Source of the DNA: Amoebidium appalachense
Lineage: Eukaryota; Protista; Ichthyosporea
Reading direction: 5' to 3'
Assembly (NCBI GenBank): GCA_963693365.1
Contig: CAVNZM010000015.1
Coordinates: forward strand, 2,418,001 to 2,482,000
DNA length: 64,000 bases
Shown here: one piece after another, positions 54,718 through 64,000 of the stretch
Numbering within the stretch: the first letter of the stretch is position 1
Layout of the letters: every line of letters begins with the position of its first letter
Translations under genes and position numbers: made by a program
Notes under the pieces: model-generated
What the model was told of the DNA's origin: nothing
Seen by the model: the letters and a program-made list of their open reading frames with translations, nothing else
Databases searched by the model: none

Positions 54718-57700
54718 AGTGCAGCCGTGCCTGCAGGCTGCTGTCTAGCCCCCCAGCTGCAGCACACGTCAGTTTGTGTTTGTGAGCTTTATCCTGGGGT
54801 GGCCAGGGGGGAGGTGTGTGTGTGTGTGTTGGGGGAAGGGGGGAGGGGGGCGGGGGAGGGGGGGGGGTGTCTACCTTTGATGCGATGTGTTGGTAGACGC
54901 TGTCAGGGCAGGCGTAGGTGTAGCGTATGTGGTACCTGCAGCAGGCTGTCAGCAGTCATGGATGCATGCGTGTGGTAGGGATGGCAACAAACAACAAAAT
55001 ACGGCCAGCACGAATGCACTGCTTTTTTAAAAAAAGTGCAGCCCGGCATGAACTTAATGCTCGTCAAATAGTATGGTGCAGCTTTGAACCAAGAGAATAC
55101 AGTTTCCATGAATGTGATGCATGCATGAACCAAGACAACACAGTTTCCATGAATGTGATGCATGCATGAATTAAGAGAATACAGTTTCCATGAATGTGAT
55201 GCATGCATGAACCAAGAGAATACAGTTTCCATGAATGTGATGCATGCATGAACCAAGAGAATACAGTTTCATGAATGTGATGTATGCATGAACCAAGAGA
55301 ATACAGTTTCCATGAATGTGTTGCATGCATGCAAGCAACCATCAATGAATGGAGGGGTTCTGTGGGTCGTGCATGCAGTATGGCTGTGAGGCCATCAGGG
55401 GTCCACTTGCATGAAGTCCAGGACCCTGTCTGTGGCCGGGCTGGGCCATGTGTATTTGCCGTATGCCCGCTGCTTTGCCGCATCGACCTGGACCAGCAGC
55501 TCAAACAGCACCAGCAGCAGCTCCCCGGCCTGCCCCTTGGCCCCGTGCTGCAGCCCAAACACTGAGCTCAGCACCAGCCCCCCCCCCCCCCCCCCCCCCC
55601 CCCTCCCCCCGCTCTTTTCAGTCAGTCAGGGGTGTACCTGAGCCGGGCCGGGCTGCAGCAGCTTTAGGGAGGGACCGACCAGCAGACACAGGGCCAGCAG
55701 CTGCTGGTCAGTATGCACCACCCCACTGCCGTGCACCTGGCCCAGCATGTCAGTGTCGATCGGAAAACACCTACCCCCTCCCCCCGTACCGTAGCCAGCA
55801 GACCCGGCAGCTGGCCGGCCCACAGCATGGAGGGTTCATATGCAGCAGCACTGGTGCCGTGCTGCAGCGCATGCAGCAGCGTGGCCTGGCCAAGGGCTAG
55901 CAGCTGCTCAGTGCGCCTGCATGGCCCACCACATGTCAGCACACACACACCCAGCACCACCATACAGTACTTGGCATATTGTTACATTATCCTATTGATG
56001 CCCTACCTCATTGATACGCCACTAGCCTATTGATGCCCTACTTTATTGATACACCAATATCCTATTGAACCATTTGCCTATTGATACACTATCCAACAGA
56101 TGCATTTGCCTATTGATATACTATCCATTAGATACATTTGCCTATTATAACCGTATTTTGTGTTAGCCTATTGATATATTATCCTAGTGACACATTTTTG
56201 CCTATTGATACATCATCTTAGTGTCACATTTTTGCCTATTCATACACTATCCTATTGAAACATTCGCGTATTGATACACGATCCTATTGACACTCTACCG
56301 TCATGATACGTTACCCTATTGATACATTCACATATTGATACTCTCTCCAATAACTTTTTCTCTTGTTGTTACATTCGCTTATTGATTCGGTATCATATTG
56401 ATACGTTGGTGTATTGATATACCCTGCCTGATTTCCCCCCATTTCTATATTGAATACATAGAAGCGACACATATATAAAACTATTTAGTCATGAAATGCC
56501 CACGTCTGAAAAACGGGCCTGATCTGAGGTGCATAAATACGTGAAAGGACATTGTAGCATCCCCCAGCCAGCACCACCATAGCACCCCCAGCCAGCACCA
56601 CACACAGCCGCAGTGCCCTCGGCCCAGGGCCAGGCCCCACCTCATGCCGGGGTGCCACCGGGCCAGGTTTGGGCAGCTGTCCACAGCCCCTGTGTCTGTG
56701 GGCCATGCATCATTAGGCCCAGTGCCCCCCATATCCCCCCCTGTGTGAATGGGCCACACACCGTTGGCGAGCAGATCCTTGTCGGTAGCCACTGCGTGCA
56801 CCAACTGCAAATCACGGTCAGACCAAGATGGCGCCATAGGGGGCAGCAGCAGCACAGGCACAGTGCTTGCAGCCAAACGGCCGCGTCAAGACAAGGCCGT
56901 TGTGTGTCGTGTGAGGGCACAGGTGACAACAGAACCAGAGCCTGGCTCTTAAATCCCCCCCCCCCCCCCCCCCCTCCCCCCCCCCCCCCCCCCCCCCCCC
57001 CTCCTCTCCTCCCCCCACACCCACCCACCCACCCACCCACCCACAAAACACTACTCACACACAAGGACTATCTACCCACGCACTTGTGCAAACAGCTGTG
57101 ACCTGACAGCTGTGGGGCTGTGAGCCAGCAGTAGAGCTATAGTATTGATCCAGGCCACGTAGGCCCCAGGGCCCACGGCACAGCCCGGTTGCAGCAGTGC
57201 CCCCACCAACCCGTCCCCCACGGCCTGGGCACTGTGGCCTCCCCCCAGCAGCTCCACCACCCCCTGCAGCCCAATCAGCACCCACACCAACCAACCCCCC
57301 TACCCCACTCCCGCCTACCCGCTGCAGGGCCAATAGCTTTGGGTCTGCCTCGTCAAAGCGGTAATCGTGGTTGGCCCCCGTCTGGCCCAACTCTGCAAAG
57401 GCCAAAACGGTGCCCGTACCTCAGCAACAGAGCCACTACCCCCCTCCCCCCCTCTTTTTCCAGTGCCAGGGCACGCACCGGCAGCCAGGCGTGCCACCAG
57501 GTTGCTGTAGTGGTGTGGCCCTGCGTCTGCCGGCAGCCCCTGGATGCCTGCAACCACGTCAGCAGGGCCCAGGGGGGTGGCAGGGGGCTGGCAGGCACGC
57601 ACCCAGGGGGGCCAGCAGGGCCGTGCGCACCGGCAGGGTCAGGGCCTTTGCGCTGTGGTATTTGGCCAGCAGGCTGTAGACCAGCCGCACAGGCGCCACG

Positions 57701-57733
57701 TCCATCAAAACCAGCCTGTGGGCAAGGTCAGCC

Positions 57734-57765
<32 letters not shown>

Positions 57766-58877
57766 GCCCCCTGCACCCGGGGGCCACATACGCTGGGTGG
57801 CGGGCCAGCAGGGCCAGCAGGGCATCCTCCATGCTGTGCTCCAGCAGCCGGCCCAGCAGCAGACCATATGAGGGCAGTACCCTGCACACAGGTCAGGCGC
57901 CATGCCAGGGTGCAGCCACCAGGTGCAGGGGTGCGCACCTGAGCACAGTGTTGGAGTAGAACACGGGCAGGTCGAGCTGGCTGGGCCGCTGCTGGGTCGG
58001 GTCAGCCAGGTCGAAGGCCTCGGGGTAGCGCTGGTGGTAGGCCTCATGCCGTGCAGGCCAGTCGTCTGCAGGCCCTGTCAGCAATCAAACACGCACAGCA
58101 CGGCACAGGGCTGGCCCACACACCCTCCAGCCAGGCCCTAGGGTGGATGCCCAGCTGCGCACAGCAGTCTGCCCGTGCACTGAACCCAGGCCCTAGTAGC
58201 AGCGCCACGGCCAGACCAAGCCGCCTGCAAAAGGGTCAGTGTGGGCCGAAGGCAGAGCATGGGGATGAGGGGCAGGGAGGGGGGGCATGTATGTGCTATA
58301 GAGGGTTGGAAATATCTACTGAGACACCAAGGGACAAAATACAAAAGGTCACAATGAAAAACCCCGAAATCAAACAATTTGAGCGTGCAGGCAGAAGACA
58401 CTTGAACAGAACCCTTCATCAGGGGGTTCCTAGGCCTCCACCAAAGCATGGGTTTCAACTCTTTAACCTCTCGCGCGGTTCCCAACCCATACTTTGTCAA
58501 TAGGCGAGTCCACCGTCTTGGCCAAAGACGAGCAGGGTTGTTCAAGGAGCAGCAATCTAAGAACACCGAGCCTACAATGCCTGCAAGCGGACAAAAACAA
58601 AGAAAACAAGCAGAGAAGAAGAGCACAAGTCGGGCTTTTACAATGCTCCCCGACTCAATAACCTATAGAGCAGGGAGGGGGGGGGGGGGGGGGGGGGGGA
58701 TGCATGCAGCGGAGAGTTGGGAGAGTGGAGAAAGAGGCATCAAGAGGCAAAGCAAATCCACTTAAAAAAAAACAAAAAAAAAACGGGGGAGAGTGAAGAG
58801 TGAGAGAGCGGAGGGGAGGGGAGAAGGACAGAGGGGGGGGGGGGGGGGGGGGGGGGGAGGGGAGAGGGAGACATGGG

Positions 58878-58957
<80 letters not shown>

Positions 58958-61805
58958 TAGAGGGGAAACTTAACCTGGCCACTATTGTTTTATTAGAGGG
59001 TTGCCACACGCAATAAACCAAAAGGTTTGAACCATGCCACCGAGGGGCAGTGCACCTGACTGGGTGGGACTTTTAACTGTTCGAACGGGTGGGTAAGCCC
59101 CTGGCAGCCAGCCAGCATTCACATCGTGCCCATGGGCTTTAGGCAGCCAAAACGGTAGCCAAGTTGTATCACTAAATGTGACACGCCATATATTGAGACC
59201 CATTATGCAACGTAGTGTAGTCGATATATGTGTGTGTGTGTGTGTGTGTGTTATTGATGCCGTGTGTGTGACTAAGATTATATTGGTATGCGAATACTTC
59301 GAGTGATGGACTTGAGAATGAATGAATAATGTGTGCCGCGTTACACAGATGGACTGTTTCTCATGTTTGATATGGTTTTATAAATGAGTTCATTCTCATG
59401 CTTGATATGGTTTTATAAATGAGTCTATTCTCATGCTTGATATGGTTATATATATGAGTTTATTGTAGATGTATCTCTTAGCTTGTTTGGCTAATAGTCT
59501 AGCTATTAGGGTAGCTGCGTGACTGGAGAAAGCATGCAATGAGGAGCACTTACGGTGATAGCTACCATAGCTGGCTAGTTTGATACCATATTTAGTGGTG
59601 TTTGAAATAAAGGTATCGATATGGGGATAGCGAACGATGGACAGCTTACAAAATGTGCTAGAATAGAGTTTATTGTATATGCTTGTGTGCAACACCGTGA
59701 TTGGTTGCATAGATATGGAGATCTGATAGCTAACAGGGCTGCCTTCGTCGGCGAGATTGACTTGCAATGTGTTTTTAGAACAAGTTCCGTGTGTGTTGCC
59801 CTCTATATAAAGATGATTGCTGACGATATTGTTGTTGATAGAAATAAAACCATCAATATAGCGCTTAGTGACGCTTAGTGAATTAGAATTCGATAATAAT
59901 ATTTACATGCTGGTCCCGCACTAACTTTTTGAAAAATTCTGATTCGTAAGTGATTAGGTAATAGTTGACTAGGAATACGGCACAATTCGTGCCCATCGGT
60001 ACTTCAGAGTATTCCGATTCGTCTGACTTGTTATTGAACACACGTCTAATCAAAGTGCAAATCCGCGATTTCAGGTCTGTAAATAGATTTTTGAATAAAA
60101 AGCGTGCAGAAATCATACGTGCGGATTTTGGTATTTTAATGCTTGTGAGTGGTGCAATAATCAAGTTGATTGTGTCTATCAGTTCAGCGCTATCTTTCAA
60201 TATCCCACTCCACGTATTATGAGCAAGATGGTCCTTGGCTGTATTTTCCAGATGTGTTCTACGTCACTTTGAATGCTCTTAAATGCGTTTGAAAGAGGAA
60301 TACAAATGAATTCGGGAGATGTAGAGGTGGAGCAATAAATCGGAATGAAGGTGGTTGGGGGCAAGGGGGGGGGAGCAGGCCCGCACCGTGCAGCGGCATC
60401 ACCACTGTGTGTGGGCATGGCCAGGGCCTGCAGCACGTGGCCCAGCAGCAGCAGCTGGCTGTCCCACAGCAGCACCTGGCCCCCTGTCAGCACCCAACAC
60501 CCCCCCCCCCCCCCCCCCCCCCCAAAGCAGCCCCAACACCCACCTCCAGTAGCTCCACAGCCTGCCCCCAGCCCCCAGCCTCTGCCTGCACCCCTCCCTG
60601 TCAGCACCATGCAGCCAGGCCAGCAGGGCGCAGGGCAGGTACCTGTGTGGCCACTATGTGGTCCATCAGCCTCTCAGTGCAGCCGTAGTGCTGCTGCACA
60701 GCCACCAGCCGCAGTGCCCCGGCAATGTTGCGCCCCAGTGGCCCCCATATGCCCTCCTGTGCTATGGTCAGCCCTTCCCTGGCCTCCCCTCCCCCCTCCC
60801 CCCCACAGGCACGTGCAGGCACCTTATTGGCCAGCAGGCCCAGCCAGGCCACACACAGCACCATGTCGTCCCGGGCCAGCTGCTGCAGCCGTGGCCCCAC
60901 TGCCCCGACCCAGTCAGACACCACCTTGCCTGCCCCCCGTCCAACCAACCCTGGGGAGCCGTACGGTCTGCCTGCAGCAGGGTGCCCACAAGGGCAGTTT
61001 GCTGGCTGGCCTGTATCCCCCCCCTGTCATTCCAACCCCCTTCCCCCCTACCCCATCCCCCCTCCCGTCGTCCCCGGGGGATGGTGCCTACCCAGGCCTG
61101 GTGGTCCAGCGGGGGCCTGCCTGTTGGGTTTGTTGGGTGGCGGCAGTGTGCCCTGAGGGGTGGCGGCAGGTAGGCCAGTGCCTCGGGGGCCCAGTCCACG
61201 GCCTGAAGTGCCTGCAGCAGCCCCTGGCAGCGACGCTGCAGCCCCCGTCAGCACATGGCCCCCACCCAGGGCCCAGGCCCCAGCCACCCACCCCCAGTGC
61301 CGTGTCTCTGCCCAGGTCGGCCTGCTCGCCTGCCAGCTGGCCCAGCGCCGCCAGCACGGTGGAAGGGTCGCACAGCAGCCAGCCGGGCACAGCCAGGTGC
61401 CGCACCACGGCCTGGGCAATGTGGCGCAGCAGGTGGCGCATGTGGTGCTGTGCCAGCGGGCCAGGGGGTTAGGCTGGCTGCCAGGCACCAACTTGCTGTG
61501 CAACCTGGTGGGGTGGCCAGCCAAGCAAACCATGCAGCCACTGGCCCCACACACCTGCAGCAGGTCTGTGGCCGGGTTGCCGCCACCCCTCCAGCTCTCC
61601 CACACGGACAGAATCACTACCAGCGCCTTGCTGGGCACTGTCCTACCAGTCAGCCCATGGCCCTCCCACCGAGCAAGGGCCCTGGGTAGGCACCCCCATA
61701 CCCGTGTGTAGGGTGCTGGCCACCAGGCCCTCCAATGCAACAAGCAGCTGCCGTGGCCGCCCAGCAGGCTCGCTGGTGCCCACCTGCCCAGCCGTGAGCA
61801 CCCTA

Positions 61806-61841
<36 letters not shown>

Positions 61842-62584
61842 CCACCCACCTCGTGCAGGGCCTTGAATAGCATGCGGGTCAGCTTTGTGGGGTACTGGGC
61901 CAGGAAGGGCCCCAGCCGCCACGTCAGCAGCTCGACCAACGTGTGCACCACCGCCCAGTGGCTATCCCCTGCCCGCTCTACCCAGCCGTCAGCCCTGCCC
62001 GCCACCCCAAGGCCCCTGCTTGGCCCTGTGCCCACCGTCTGTGCGGATGCTCAGCTGGGCCTCCAGCAGTCTGTGTGCAAAATCCACAGGGGGGCTGGGC
62101 TCCAGCAGCATGCAGCGGCCCAGGTAGGCCCGTGCCGTGTAGTGCAGCCGGGCATATGTCTCCACGGCCCCCGGGGCCAGCCGGCCATGGTCCCTGGTGC
62201 GGTCTGCAGCCAGCCAGTCCTGCAGGGCCCTGGCCAGCCGCAGCTGCACGTAGGGCGGCAGCTGCTCCAGCAGCCCCACGGGCAGCCCCAGGCCCTGCCC
62301 GACCAGCTTGGTGGGCCCCTGCCCGGGTATGCGGTGCGCCACCGTGCCTGCACCGGCCGTCAGCTGCCAGCCCAAGGGCCCTGCTGCAGCCCAGGGGTGT
62401 GCCAACCTTGCTCGGCCAGCAGGGTCCACAGGCGGCTGCTGACTTTCTGTGGGGAGCGTCAGTGGTGTTGGTGGCCGTGTTTGTGTGGGTTTGTGTGTGT
62501 GTGAGGGGGCAAGGGTGGTAGGGGGGGGGGATTTGGGGGGGGGGGAAGGGGGGGAGGGGAGATGGAGGGGGGGGGGGGAGATTT

Positions 62585-62616
<32 letters not shown>

Positions 62617-64000
62617 GTAGAAGGGGGGACTGTGCAGGCTCACCTGTGTGTTGACGCAGGCCACGGCGGCCAGCAGGGGCCAGGCTGGGGGCAGCAGCAG
62701 TTGGGTGTCGTCCAGCAGGCCCAGCCGCTCATCCACGGCCCGGTAGTGGCCGGCCAGGTCGCCCTGCAGCCCGTACACCCGGCACCCCTGATAGGCCCGC
62801 TGCACCAACAGTCAGAACGGCCCGCCCTGCTGCAATCTAGCCCGGGCAGGGGCACACCTTGAGGGTGTCGTGCAGCTGTTGGGTGCCCTGCCTGGTATCG
62901 GCCAGCAGGCGCTGATGCAGGCACTCGACCATCAGCCCGGGTGGCCCCAGCAGCCTGGCCGGGCTGTCCTCAGCACAGCCCAGCACCACCTCCACCAGCA
63001 CACGCCCCAGCCCCCCCTCCCTAGGCCCCGTCAGAATACCCACCCTCAACCAGATTCCTCCCTGCAGGCGGTGTGGGCCTACCGGTCTGCAGAGGATGCA
63101 TGGTCGGCCGGGCTCAGCATAAGCTGCGGGGCACGTCAGCACGGCTACCTGTTGCACGGGAATGCAGGGGGGGGGGGGGAAGGGGGGGCTCTACCTGTCG
63201 GATGCAGGGCACCAGGCAGGCCTGTGCCGCCAGCCACACGACCCAGTTGCTCTTGACTCCGGCCCTGCCCGGCCGTCAGCCCTGGCCTAGAGGCCCAGCC
63301 AGGGGCACGTACCTGTGCAGATAGCTGAAGGCCACCCCCACGGCCCCACATGTGGCCGGCTCTCCGCCCAGTGCCAGCAGCTGGTCGGCCAGCAGCCCCC
63401 ACACCCACCCCTCTGCCCTCCCTCGGCTTAGCTCAGGCCCATCTATGTGCCCTGCAGGGCCAGCACCCTACCTGCTGTCGGGACCCTGGCTGCTGCCTGT
63501 ATGCGGCCGCCCATAGCCATGCCCAGCACCTGCAGAAACTGGCACGACTGCAGGGCCCAAGCCACCGTCAGCACCCCGTGCCTTCCCCTGTGGCCGTGTG
63601 CACGCACCTCTGTGTGGCGGGGGTGCAGGGCATCCAGGGCCGCATCCACGTGCCTCTGGGCCAGCAGCCGGTCCAGCAGCCACTCGGCCGCCTGCTGCTG
63701 CTCCTGCGCCCCCAACCCCCTTGGTGCCTGTCCCTCCAATCCCCCCGGCAACCACAGGCACAGGAACAGCGCCTACCGGCAGGATCCAGCCCGTAGGCAG
63801 GGTGTCTTGTGGGGCCAGGCAGCCTCTATCATCCAGGGCCCACCACCAGACCGTGCACACGTCCACCAGCGGCAGCATGTGGCCCCGTCCTGCCCCTGCC
63901 GTCAGCCCCAGCAGGCCATGCCGGGCCCAGGGCACGTACCAGCCACGGCCAGCAGCTCGGCCAGGTGGCGCCGCCGCTCCCTGGCACTAGCTACCGACAC
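54695..64000 (-). CDS. MED23: Mediator of RNA polymerase II transcription subunit 23 (3' part, multi-exon; 5' end beyond the window)
   Basis: DWPARHEAYHQRYPE, LPVFYSNTVLR, DYRFDE...VELL...WINTIALL, VLDFMYHIRYTY, LQARLHFM match recalled MED23 motifs (DWHxxHxxYHxKYPE, LPIYFGNVCLR, DWRFNE, WMNAIGL, DFLYHMKY, LKLRLRFI) in order. Confidence 0.88.
55085..55331. repeat. 41-bp intronic minisatellite x~6
   Basis: Unit ATGAACCAAGAGAATACAGTTTCCATGAATGTGATGCATGC. Confidence 0.9.
55990..56420. repeat. Degenerate AT-rich tandem repeat (CCTATTGATAC core) in a MED23 intron
   Basis: Many recurrences of CCTATTGA / TATTGATA. Confidence 0.75.
59470..60340 (-). mobile_element. Degenerate Penelope-like retroelement RT remnant in a MED23 intron
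   Basis: KDSAELI, PMGTNCAVFLVNYYLITYE, KRYIDG (degenerate YIDD), TSIYNK, RYPHIDT...KYG; AT-rich, frameshifted. Confidence 0.72.

Noticed and set aside
58405-58460. Minus-strand GAAAC...CTGATGA near the Penelope-like relic
   Set aside because: CTGATGA lies in a simple hairpin loop; no valid three-stem fold or UH cleavage site.
60345-63990. Many long plus-strand Pro/Ala/Gln-rich ORFs
   Set aside because: Antisense shadows of GC-rich MED23 exons.

Overview
Eukaryotic, intron-rich genomic DNA. Short introns carry CTGAC/CTAAY branch points and poly-G/C runs, and (CA)n microsatellites are abundant; a unicellular protist is likely, but the taxon cannot be fixed from sequence alone. The window has two halves. 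About 1-32.6 kb is a dense, nested cluster of tyrosine-recombinase (DIRS-order, Ngaro/PAT-type) retrotransposons with split direct repeats (A1-gag-RT/RNaseH-YR-B1-A2-spacer-B2). It holds one structurally complete 5.6-kb copy (19562-25182), about 7 deleted, truncated or rearranged copies, two divergent sister-family remnants, and a 1.4-kb miniature element with its own split repeats but no gag/RT/YR (26340-27755). The miniature shares a predicted structured B-repeat RNA motif and the AAGAAT recombination junction with the long family. About 36-64 kb is gene-dense: a universal stress protein gene (one intron is a minisatellite carrying a foldback insertion), a coiled-coil gene, an LRR gene resembling Dictyostelium LrrA, an unusual signal-peptide + single ClpB-D2 AAA+ + multi-TM gene, and the 3' part of Mediator subunit MED23 with a Penelope-like RT remnant in an intron. 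Exon chains, alignments and RNA folds were done by eye, and family calls rest on recalled motifs, not database searches.
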